Source: the human T2T-CHM13v2.0 reference genome, Homo sapiens
Assembly: GCF_009914755.1 (NCBI RefSeq)
Contig: NC_060947.1
Direction: 5' to 3' (one strand)
Length of the DNA stretch: 64,000 nucleotides
This document shows positions 16,736 through 29,369 of the stretch, in pieces (positions within the stretch are counted from its first letter, which is position 1; every line of letters begins with the position of its first letter). The notes under the pieces are model-generated. The model did no database searches. It was not told the DNA's origin and saw only the letters and a list, made by a program, of their open reading frames with translations. Made by a program: the position numbers and the translations under genes.

Positions 16736-17290
16736 AGTGACTATTTTTCAAATATTCAACCAATGGGTATTGAGCATCTACTCTGTGCCAGACAGTAAAT
16801 AAGGTGCTGGGGGAGATGAAGAAATGCTGATGCGAGCAATCATTAGTCTCTGCCTTTGAATTGTGCTCAACCTAGTTGTTGAGCTACACAAAGAGGGAAT
16901 GAGAGGTAAGGCTGCAACAGACCAGGCTAAAGGGGCCATCTATGCGATCAACCTCCTCCCCAAGACTTCCTTCCCTCCACACCTGAGGCTTCTACTTCCA
17001 TGAGATTAGCGAGATGTAAGCACATCTCACTAATCTATATTTCAGTTCACAACGCTTTCCTCAGTTCCAGGCCCTAGTGTTGCCAACTGTCTACTCAACA
17101 TCTTCTGGATGTTCCAAAGGTCCGTCAAACTGAACGTGTCTCAAATCAAAGTCAGGATTTTCCTTCTAAAGCTCTTTCCTTTTGCATTGTCTATGTCATT
17201 TTAAAATTTCTTTTGAGATACAGATCACATTTCCTCTCTCCATTGTACCTTTTCTGACCCCTCTGGGCGGATTTATTGGCCCCCTTCTAG

Positions 17291-17628
<338 letters not shown>

Positions 17629-17888
17629 TAATGCAGCCTCCCCCACTGTACTGTGAGCTCCTTCAGGGCAGGGCCTGTATACTTTATCATTATTGTACCC
17701 TCATACTGAATATTGCATGACATGTAACAGGAGGTGAGGACATTCTAGCTGAACTAAATGGAACTGAGTGACCACCTCTGTCCAGGAAAATTCAATCCAG
17801 GTTCACAGAGATTATATTTATACTGGATATTGGAGATGAAACATTTGTTAGTTGTTGGAGCAGTGGGACAGGAAGGGAACAAGGGAAG

Positions 17889-18295
17889 TCTATTAGGCCA
17901 TTCTTGCATTGCTATAAGGAAATACCAGAGACTGGGTGATTTATAAATAAAAGATGTTTAATTGGCTCATAGTTCTGCAAGCTTTATAGGAAGCATAATG
18001 CTGACATCTGTTCAGCTTCTGGGGAGGCTTCAGGAAGCTTACAATCATGGTGGAAGGCAAAGTGGGTGCAGGCATGTTACTTGGCCAGGGCAGAAGCAAG
18101 AGAGTGGATAGGGAGGTGCCACACACTTTTAAACGACCAGATCTTGTGTGAACTCAGAGCGAGAGCTCACTTGTCACCAAGTGGATGGCCCAAGCCATTC
18201 ATAAGGAATCTGCCCCCATGATCCAATCACCTCCAACACTGGGGATTACACTGCAACATGAGATATGGGCGGGGACAAATATTCAAACTATATCG
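17889..18295 (-). mobile_element. MaLR solo LTR (MST family)
   Basis: TATTAGGCCATTCTTGCATTGCTATAAGGAAATACC...CAAACTATATC termini. 5-bp TSD GGAAG (17884-17888 / 18296-18300). Confidence 0.88.
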
Positions 18296-18339
18296 GGAAG
18301 GCTGGCTCTTCCTAGACAGATGGAACAAGAGCATGAGCA

Positions 18340-19490
18340 AAGGGTCAGAGGGCAACAAAGTTTAGTATATTCTCAGCATGGCAGGTAGTTTAACATGGCT
18401 GGAAGCACTAGAAAAGAGTCTGGAAGAGTAGGTATGGGCCCGATCATGAAGGGCCTTCAATACTTGCCTATGAGTTTAGATTTGGCCAGTAGGTATAGTC
18501 AAAGGGGAATCATCGAAGGGTTTCAAAAATGTGTACAACATAATCAGCGCTATGCTTCTGGAAGGTTATCCTGTTGTCAGTATAGAGAATAGATTTCAGG
18601 ACCAAGGGAGACAGTTAGGAGACAGCGTTCCTGCTATCTCTTCCCTGGTCCATGCCCTCATTATCTCTCACCTAGACAACTATGAGACTCTCCTAATTGG
18701 TCTTGTAGTTGTCTAGACAACTATGAGACTCTCCTAATTGGTCTTGTAGTTGTCTAGGTGAGAGATAATGAGGGCATGGACCAGGGAAGAGATAGCAGGC
18801 ATGGAGAAAAGTGAAAGTGAGCCCAGAAACAGGGTCTCTACCTCCCTACATGACCTAGGAAGTCAAGCACTTGGGCAAGTTGCAAATATTTTATGACCGT
18901 GCTCTATTTGAGTGTTTTATTGCCTAGAGTGCTAGGCCAGAAAATAATTCAATGTTTTAAGCCTTTGTTGGGCCTATGGTCTATTTGGAAACATCCAAAG
19001 CAGAATCTATAGGCTGTTGTGACTGACTAGAAATATGGAATGAGGAGCCAAAGAAGATTCCAGAGTTTGGGGCCTGTGTGACTGAGTAGGAGAGGAGTGG
19101 GTCTGGACTTGTGGGAGTGGGGTAAGTACTGTCTGGGCACATTGATTGTGTGAGGTGCTGTGAGACACCCAAGCGGAGCCATCTGGGAGGCAACTGGATA
19201 TATGGGCCCGGAGCCCAGGAAAATGATCTGAAGATGAAGATCTGGGAGTTGCCAACTTGGAGACAGAGATGAAGCCATGGGGAAGATGAGATCACCTGGA
19301 GACAGTGTGTGAAGTGAGGACAAAAAACCACTTAGGAGAGGACTCCAAGGGAGATCAAATTTGAGGGGTGAGCAGAGTACAAAGAGCCCATGAAGGAGAC
19401 TAAGAAGAAGGGAAGTAAGAAGATGGGGTGGGCAAGAGAGTGGTAAGAGAAAAACAAGGAGACAGAGAGGAGTTTCATGAAGAAATAGGG
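18340..19490 (-). mobile_element. L2 fragments (host of the 170-bp hairpin)
   Basis: L2 antisense motifs GGGAGACAGTTAGGAG, GGAGGCAACTGGATATATGGG and GATGAGATCACC. Confidence 0.65.
18630..18799. repeat. Inverted repeat with 53-bp perfect arms and a tandemly duplicated centre
   Basis: 18630-18682 is the exact reverse complement of 18747-18799. The centre is 23-bp X + 18-bp palindrome TAGTTGTCTAGACAACTA + X. Confidence 0.95.
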
Positions 19491-19646
19491 CTACTCCAAA
19501 GAAGAGATGCAAATGGCCAAAAAGCATGGGAAAAGATGCTCAACATTATAAGTCATTAGGGAAATGCAAATCAAAACCATAATGCCACACTACTTCACAC
19601 TCACTAGGATGGCTAGAACTTTTAAAATGGAAAATAACAAGTGTTA

Positions 19647-19965
19647 GGCTGTGTGCTATGACACATGGCTGTAATCCCAGCACTTTGTGAGGTTGAGGCG
19701 GGTGGATCACTTGAGCCCAAGAGTTCAAGACCAGCCTAGGCAACATGGCACAACCCCGTCTCTACTAAAAATACAAAAACTAGTTGTGCATAGTGGTGCA
19801 TGCCTGTAGTCCCAGATACCCAGAAGGCTGAGGTGGGAGGATAACTTGGGCCTGGGAAGTCAAGGCTGCAGTGAGTTTGATTGCACCACTGCACTCCAGC
19901 CTGGGTGACAGAGCAAGACCCTGTCTCAAAAAACGAAACAAACAAACCAACCAAACAAACAAAAT
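19647..19965 (+). mobile_element. Alu (AluJ-like)
   Basis: Full Alu. TSD about AAAATAACAAGTGTT. Confidence 0.9.
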
Positions 19966-20297
19966 AAACAAGTGTTGGCCAAGATGTGGAGAAACTGGAA
20001 CCCTCATACATTGCTGGTGGGAGTGTGAAGTGGTGTAGTCACCACAGAAAACAATTTGGTGGTTCCTCAATAAGTTAAACATAGAATTACCAAGCGACCT
20101 TGCAATTCTTCTCCTAGGCATATACCCAACAGTGCTTAAAACAGGTGTTCAAACAAAAATGTGTATATAAATATTCATAGCAGCACTGTTCCCAATATCC
20201 AAAAGATGGAAGCAACCCAAGTATTCATCAACAGATGAATGGATAAACAACATTTATATCCATATAATAGAATATTATTCAGCCATACAAAGAATGA

Positions 20298-20666
<369 letters not shown>

Positions 20667-23025
20667 TGAAAAAAGTCAGACACGAAATGTTACATGTCAT
20701 ATGACTCCATTAATATGAAATATCCAGAATAGTCAAATCCATAAAGACAGAAAGCAGATTAATAGTTGGCAAAGTGATGGGGGTCAGGGGCCAATGGGGA
20801 GCAACTACTAACAGGTACAGAGTTTCTCATAGGGGTTGGCAAAAAGGTTCTAGACTTAATGCTGATGGTTTTACAACCTGGTCAATATACAAAAAAAACA
20901 CTGAATTGTATATACTAAAAGGTTTAATAGTATGGCATGTGAGTTATACCTCAATAAAGCTGTTAGCAAAAAAATACATAAATAAAAGAATGATGCCTTG
21001 ATTGGGTTTTGTTAGGAAGTGGACGGAGGTGCCATTTACTGGGGCAGTACAGATGGTAGGCAAGGTGGAAATAAATAGAAGTGAACAGATCCATTCAACA
21101 GGTCAAGTTTGAGGTGCCTGTTAGTGGAGATATCAATGAGGAAAAAAGAAGAAAGGAGCCTAAGATATTTTTTTCTGGGGTGCTAGGAGAACCTGGAGAG
21201 ACCCTGGCTGCTTAGCATGAGACTAGCAGAAGGCTGATGGGGCTGGCATTTATTGGAGCAACTGGAGTCATAAGTGGTTAGGAGGGGCATGAGGAGATGA
21301 AGTAGGTGCTGCACAGTTATGAAGGACAGGGCCTCGAGATGAGCCCTTTACTGGGTCTCTTGGACTAGAGTCCATTGTCACATGGGTCTACATACAGGTT
21401 TTGTACTATGGTCATTCCACGGACATTCAAAAACAGCTTCTGGTTCTTTATAGAACTCAGGATACATCAGATGGGGAGGGTTGGACCTAGGACTTGTTTT
21501 TCATGTCACACATCGCTGGTGAGTAGTGACATCACTCAGAAATGGATGCAGAGTCTTCTTTAATACAAGTGCTATTTCTCTTCCTGAATGATCATCCTTT
21601 CAGCTGATATCTATGGGGACCATGTCCCCACCACAGCAGCCATCTCCTTTCCTTCTGCATAACCTGGACTAGAGTCTCTGTCTATGTCTCTTTACCAGGC
21701 GGATAGCTCCTGGTAAAGGCATTGACTCGTGTCCACCCATAACCTTTTCTGGAAGGACAGTAGTAGTGGTTCATCTCAGCAGGGCCTGCAACCTCAGGAA
21801 GAGCACCTGCATATGGGATGACTATCTAGTCCCTAACCACAGGGCCGGGGCAAATGAAAAAAGAATGCCAAACTTATCAGTGGTGCTGGAACCTGGATTG
21901 AATGGGACCAATGAGGTAGCAATGGGTAGGTCTTATATAACGGAATCCAGGAGTCACTACCAGCAGAGCAATACCTGCCCTAAACACAACAGGGTGAGTG
22001 TGAGGTCTGAATCAGGATGAGAGACAGGAGTTCAGGAGGGTAGGGACCATCTGGGAAATGGAGTGGTGATAGGAGAAAGTGGTGGAGCCCCAGATCTGGG
22101 CTGAGTACAGTGGTGGAGGGCCCGGGGCTCACTGGTGTTGGGTACTGGCAATGTGGAAAAATAGCTGGCTGGTGTGCTTACAAGTTCACAGCCAGGTGAT
22201 GCAGGAAGTGCCTGATGTGATTAGGTGGGGACAGAGGCCCTAGGCAGTTCCCTGAAATGAAGTCTAAAAGGCATGCGAACATATTCAGCCTGTGGGCTTG
22301 TAGACATCCTAGTACAAATGGCCAATGAAGTGGTTAGGGACAGAGTGTAGAGCCCAAGGTACAGATCAGAAGTGGAGGGAGAAGCCGTGGGAGTGGATGA
22401 GCTCACCAGGGAGAGCGGGCAGAGGAGACCCTAAGAGGGCTTACATCTGAACCCTGGATACTTAAGGGGCTGGCAGAGAAAATGTGGCAGGCAAAGGAGA
22501 CTGAGTGGCAGGAGGAATGAGGAGGGACAGTGACAGAGTGTCAGCAGTGACAAAGTTGACTAGGATGAATGAAAAGAGGCCTTTCCATTGGCAGTACAGG
22601 AAGTGGTCTGTATTCCTGGGTTAGAGGGCAGGCAGGAGTCAGGAGAGGGAGCCTGCTTCCTCTCCATGTTCACGGGGAGTTGAAGAAGCTGTAGCTCAGT
22701 AGGTCAGCCCATCTCCTTGCTAGGCCCTTGTGGATCATTCTTGTGACCCAATCTCCTCCTCACACTGGGCTCTAGTCACTGACTTCTTGCAATCCTGGTC
22801 TTTAGCTCACTGCTTGCTGAGGGGTCTGTGCATACTGCTGGCTCCCAGAGAGCCTTGTGCCATATTGGCTCACAGCTGGCTGGGCCACTCTGATACCAGC
22901 TACCTGCTGGGGTCTGAACTGGAAGCCATAGAGCATCTCTTGGACCTCTATGATGTCCTTTAGTGTGGTGGGACTTCTTTCCATTGCTATGTATTTTTCC
23001 TCCCTCATCTCTCCTTGCCCAATGC

Positions 23026-23201
23026 TCTTTCCTCCCTCCCTCCCTCCCTTCCTCCCTCCCTTCCATCCTTTCTTCCTTCCTTCTTTCCTTCCTTCCTTCC
23101 TTCCTTCTGTACCTCCCTCCCTTCCTCCCTCCTTTTCTCCCTCCATTCTCCCTTCCCTCCTTCCTTCCTTCTCTGTTTTCTTCTTTCTTTCCTTTCTTCC
23201 T
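23026..23201. repeat. (CCTT/CCCT)n polypyrimidine tract
   Basis: Visible tetranucleotide-like CT repeats. Confidence 0.9.
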
Positions 23202-23474
23202 AGAACAAATACTTGTTTCATTTTCTCTATTCATTGTAATATTTTTATTAAAAAATAAAACACAGATCCAGAAAACCACATAAAATTTAAAAATATATGG
23301 CTCAATGAGTTACTACAAGACAAATACCCTTTTAACTACCACCCAGGAATGAGGTAAAACTTTGCCAGCCACCCCAGAAGTCCTTCCATGTCCCGCATTC
23401 CAATTATAGCCCTCCCCTCCTCTAAACATAACCACCAGAGTCTTCCTTTGTATACAGATGGAAACAGAGTTCTC

Positions 23475-23705
23475 ATTTATTGAGCAATTACTTTCTGCCA
23501 GGACTGTTCTAAGCATGCTTCATGTGTGTTATTTCATTTAATCCTCGCAATAATCCAATGAATTCGGTAGTATTATCCCCATTTTAGAGATGCAGGAGTT
23601 GAACTTCAGAAAAGTGTGGAACTTTGTCCAAGGTCACATGATGTGGAAGCCAGGACTACAACCCTGATGTATCTGACGTCCAATCCTGTGCTTTCTCCTT
23701 TCATC
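23475..23705 (-). mobile_element. MIR
   Basis: ATTATCCCCATTTTAGAGATG...TTGTCCAAGGTCACA antisense core. Confidence 0.75.
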
Positions 23706-26700
23706 CTACTATGTGCCACACCTCCCAGCTGAGCTCAAAATAATGCCCCCTGCCTGCCTGCCTGCCTGCCTGCTGCTTGCCTGATTTTGTGAGGAACTAA
23801 ATCCAATGGCCTCTCTAGCAGGGAAATGGTAGAGAGAGAGAAAGAGAGAGGCAGGGAGAGGGAGAGAGAGATCATCAACACATTTGCAACTGCCTATATT
23901 TCCTCCTTGTCATCTGCTGCTAACATCCCGCCATTACCCAATGGGAAAATAAACAGTGAATGGCCACACCAGTTAAACTGTTTAATTACGTAGGTTGGGA
24001 AGAATGACATTTGTGTACATTCCCAGAAGACACGGATTAAAGAAATGACCTTTCCCTTGGTGTGAAACTCATTTGTTGTGTATTAGAACTTGGATAGCTT
24101 CAGTGGGGCCAGGCATTTTGTTGCCTCCATGTTTATGTCTAAGACTGGAGATGAGGCTGAATGAAGCTCCTTCTCCAACTGGATTGATTTGTATATTAGT
24201 GTTTTCTAAAACATTGCCATCTGAAATACATTTCCAGAGAAGTATCTCTTCCTGTAGTCATTCCTGGTATTTTGTGGATTTATTTGAATGTAAATGTATC
24301 TGAAACATCAAAGGGATAAGAAAAGCGATCTTTGCTATGAGTCACAGAGTGGGAAAAAAATTGCCCACAGATCAGTAATATCTATTCAAAAGACACAGGA
24401 GCATAATTTATGGGACGGGTGATCTTTTTATAATTAAAAAACATTTGGAACCAGAAAAAAAGTCATGGAACTAAATGTCAGGTGTCACATTGTGAGAACT
24501 GTATTAATTACTAATTAGTAAACTTCATTAATTCTTAATTAACTTCATTATAATGTTTCTCTGGAGTAGCATTTGGGCTGTTAGTTAAAGAACAAACATA
24601 TTCAGATTGTATTCTTCCCCATCAGTGTTATTTTGAAATGTATCAGGGGTATTTCCATAATAGTCAAAACGTTTGAAACATTTTAAAAGTGCACGTATGA
24701 ACTCAATTTCTCTCTATTTATTTAGGTACTGGGAACTCTTAACTGATTTTTCCTGCCTGAATACAGAAAAATCAGTTAAAATTGGTTATGTCCATGAGGA
24801 AAGATTTATTGTTCCAATACACACCCTTGAATTTTAAAGAAAGCATGTGGCTCCCCAAACCTCAGGTTTCAGGGGGAGAAATAATGATGACCAAACATAA
24901 TGTGTATCTGAAGCTTCAGTGAACTCCACCAGCTGCCACCAAAGACACAAAGGGCCACAATTTTCAGTGTGATAAGTTTGGGACTGTGGTTTGGATTTTT
25001 TTTTAATGAAGTGCTTTTCGGAGGGATAAAAATCACCAAAGAAAATCTATATGATGTGGCATTTAAAGAAAGAAAAACACCAATAGATTCCCCATAGATG
25101 GCAACAGTGGATTTCGAGTGAAATAAGATCAGATGTTTATTTTCAAGAGGATCTAACTCTGAACAAAATATACTCTATTTGATTAACAGAAACTTTCTTA
25201 GACAACAAAATCACTAGCTGTATAAACATGCCAGGAGCTGTTCATCTGCTTCTAACAGGAACCCTGTTACCTCAGCTGAGGGGAATGCCATTAAGTTGTA
25301 ACCAAAAAAATCTGAGACTTCTTAGGCTCTGCTTTCTTGCCTGGTGCCCGCCCCCACCCTCCTTGGTTCCCCCTCCACCTCCAATCCATGTCGTCCTGGA
25401 CACAGCGCTGGCCTAAGGTAGCCCCACCTGCCAATATCAGCAGGAATTGGACGGGACCAGGCCAGATCCTATTACTTCTCTTGATTGTTAAAGTCCGGAT
25501 GTTCCCCCTTGGATAATGACTTCAGAGCCACCCTATTGATCCATTGCCCAACATTGAGCTCTCTGCGAGAATCTCAAAACTCTTTTTTTCTTAGCGCTTT
25601 CTCGTCTCCCAAGTTGGGCTGGAGAGGGACAGAGTCATTTTCCCACACATTCCCAGCTGAGCCCCCTTTCTCTCGCAGGACTGCTTCAGTTCTGTTATTC
25701 TTGGCTGGCCACAGAAAACTCAAATCCACCTTTTTATTATATTGGCTTCCAGTTGCTCTGTTGCAGTTATACTTTCCAGGGTAAACTAGCACCATTGGTA
25801 CTGTGAATTGGGTAGCGGTAAAAACACACAAGGAAGGTGCAAATTTGGTCATGTTTTATTCAAATAGGTCTGCTTGAAGGTTCATTTTCCTCCCCTATGA
25901 GGCCTGACTGGTACTTTTCAAGGTTACCAATGTCTAGGACTTAGAACTCTGCCCTGAGTGTCAGTTACTTATAGGACAGCCTCCATTACTCAAGAGAGCC
26001 AAGAGCCAGGAAGCACTTTCGCCTCTCATGTTTGAAGATCACTGGGCCTATGACAGTAGTAGGAGTGTGAACAGCTATGAAGACTGCTAAATAGAGTTTC
26101 GTGTTGAAATAGAATTTCACAACAGAGTTCATCGGACTCATGTAACAGTTTGCATACTTGTTTCTACGGGGCATGCTAACCAAGAATAAATGATGGATCG
26201 TTATGGAAATGGTGGTGACTAGTCAGATTTCTATATAGTCAACACAGTTATTCTAGGAAGAAAACTCTGGAAAGGGAGGAGGAAGGAGGATTTGTCATCC
26301 TTAGTCCTTTTCTGCTGGAGTAGGTCAGTCATTGCCCTGGTGACATCCTACAACAGTTTTCTATCAGGATAACTGAAGCTAGGGATGCCCCTGTCTGATC
26401 TAGGGCCTGTGCTGCCTTAAATCAAGTAGTCCCAGGACCCCATGATTGCTTCTAATCCAAGGGGACCAGTGAGCCTGTCAATAGGTGGTCCTGGAGTGTC
26501 TGCCAGACAGTGACACTGTCAAATATGCAGGTCCTCCTGGATCCTCATCTTGGGGTCTTCAGAGGGGTCTCAGAAGGGCTTCTTGTTGTACACACTTACT
26601 TTTTGCCTCATCTTCCCTCTTTCCAGCCAGAGGCAGGGACTGGGTTGGAAGTGAGATTTTGAAGGATCCTTATCCTTTGTCTTCCTCCATCCCAACCTCC

Positions 26701-26749
26701 CAGGGTTGCATTCTATGAGGGGGTGGAACAGGCTGAGTGCTACAACTTA

Positions 26750-27250
<501 letters not shown>

Positions 27251-27664
27251 AGAGGGAGAGTTTGTAGTTAATAAATAAGTTTATGAAAAATACTTTCAGG
27301 CTAACATTTTCTGAACCACCTGCCAGGAAGATTTTGAAAGCATCAGGGCCCAAGTCTCATGCCATCCACACTTGCCAATGAGTCTGCTGGGAAGTCTCAA
27401 TCCTGTCACAAAGCATTTCATCACTTTGGTGTCCTCTGTAAATTTGGAATTTCTGTGACTTGAGATTAAGTAATCCACTTTTGTCTCTGGGACTCCCCAG
27501 GATTCCTGGGCCCCAAAGTCTCATCCAGGGAAGCAAAGCCTGTGTTGGCCCTATTGGTCTCCCCTGTTTGGTATGTCACAAAGGAAATAGACTTTACCTT
27601 AGGAGCCAGGTGAAGTCCCCCGCTAAGGAGGGGCCTTGCCTGAAGTTGAGGAGCATCCCTCTTA

Positions 27665-28140
27665 TGTTAGTTTCCTGTGGCTGCTGTAACAAATTACTAC
27701 AAATTTGGTGGCTTTAAAACCACTGGAATTTATTGTCTTATAGTGCTGGAGGCCAGAAATCCAAAATCAGTATTACTGATCCAAAATCAATGTGTTGGGA
27801 GGGCTGCCCTCCCTCTGGAAGCTCTAGGTACACATCCCTTCCTTGCCTCTTCCAGCTCTGGAGGTTGCCAGCATGCCTTGATTTGTGGCCATGTCACTCC
27901 AATGTCTGCCTCTATGGTCACATTGCCTTCTCTTCTGTCTGTGTCAAATCTTCCTTTTATAGGGACACTTGTAATTGCATTGAGGGTCTACCCAGATCAT
28001 ACAGGATAATCTTCTCATTGCAAGAGCCTTAATTTAATCACCTCTGCAAAGTTCCTAGTTCAATATAACATGATAGTCACAGGTTCTGGGGATTAGGAGG
28101 TAGATATCTTTTGGAGTGGGACATATTTCAGCATAGTACA
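27665..28140 (-). mobile_element. MaLR LTR (MLT1 family)
   Basis: TTAGTTTCCTGTGGCTGCTGTAACAAATTACTACAAA...TTAATTTAATCACCTCTGCAAAG MLT1 motifs. Confidence 0.82.
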
Positions 28141-29225
28141 CCTCCTGTCATGCCACTGACAGACCTGATCAAGGGTTCCTTGCTGCCCCCTACGTATTCC
28201 CACTGCGCATTCCTTCTAATACTCACACCCACAGCCCCTGTTCCCAAGCAAGCCCATGTCTCTAACTCAGCTTCCCCAAGGTCAGTCCATTGCAGTGAGA
28301 GAGGCAAGACTTTGGGCATGAAAATTTAGGATTTCCTGGGACTGCCAACTCTGTAGTTTTTACCAAAAGATTTCTCTCTTTGTAGCAAAAATGATGGGAT
28401 CAGTATCAAACATTCAGTGGAAACACTTTTACTTTTTTTTTTTTTTCACTTTATAGTGCGTACGTTGACCACTATAGTGCACTGGGAAATTGTTTTGCAA
28501 AATGATTTTTTCTTTAATTTTGGCTCCCTTATAGCCATGAATGTATGTTTTCAAAAGCCAAACATTAATATCACATTTAATCTGTTATCATTTCCAAATC
28601 ACCAGACGGACAAGATAGCACCTATTCCTTGGCTAAACTGCAAAACTCATGATAACATCCAAGATGCAAACTTAACAATTCAGAGAGCTGCTTTTACACA
28701 TTCTTGACTCTGGCCTTGTTTCTGGATAAATGAAGAAGAGGAGTTATTTCAGAATGCCATCTTACTGTGTTGGGTGGGGCTTGGTAAGAGATTGAACCAA
28801 GGCCTCTCTCTTATTTTGAAAACTTGAAGTTACTGACGCCACTTGCCATACGTGTGGCGGCTGGCAGCTCATCCACATATTTACCCAACCACCCAATTTG
28901 CCTGGGCAGAACAGGAGGAAAAGTAACGCCCACTTTGGGAAGGAAAACTGTGTCCCACATTTAGAAGTTGCCTTTGCAGATTAGGAGCCCAGGCCTACAG
29001 AAGCTGCCCTCTGTGTTCTGCTTTCCCATAAGGACAATGCAGAGGGCTCCCAGAACATCAGTTTGAACCCTGTACTCACTGAGGCAGACAGGGTCAGGTC
29101 TGTAGTATGGAGGTTCAGGGAATGTGAAAGACAGAATGAACATCAGACAACACCTAGTTCAGATTTGCAGACTGGTGGTTCCTCAGGGGGAATAATCATG
29201 CAGATGTTTTGTTTGGGCCGAATTG

Positions 29226-29257
<32 letters not shown>

Positions 29258-29369
29258 AGATGGAGTCTCACTCTGTTGCCCAGGCTGAAGTGCACTTTTT
29301 GGCTCTTATGTATAATTTAATGGACATTCATGTACAAGATTTTTTTTTTCTTTTTTTAGGTATTTACTT

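Noticed and set aside
18672-18756. CRISPR-like repeat-spacer pattern
   Set aside because: The 'spacers' are identical, there are only two units, the context is mammalian and there are no cas genes. It is a tandem duplication inside a hairpin.
24924-24942. CTCF-like motif TCCACCAGCTGCCACC (also near 46707)
   Set aside because: Mismatches in the core GG.GGC positions. Not supportable without a PWM scan or ChIP.
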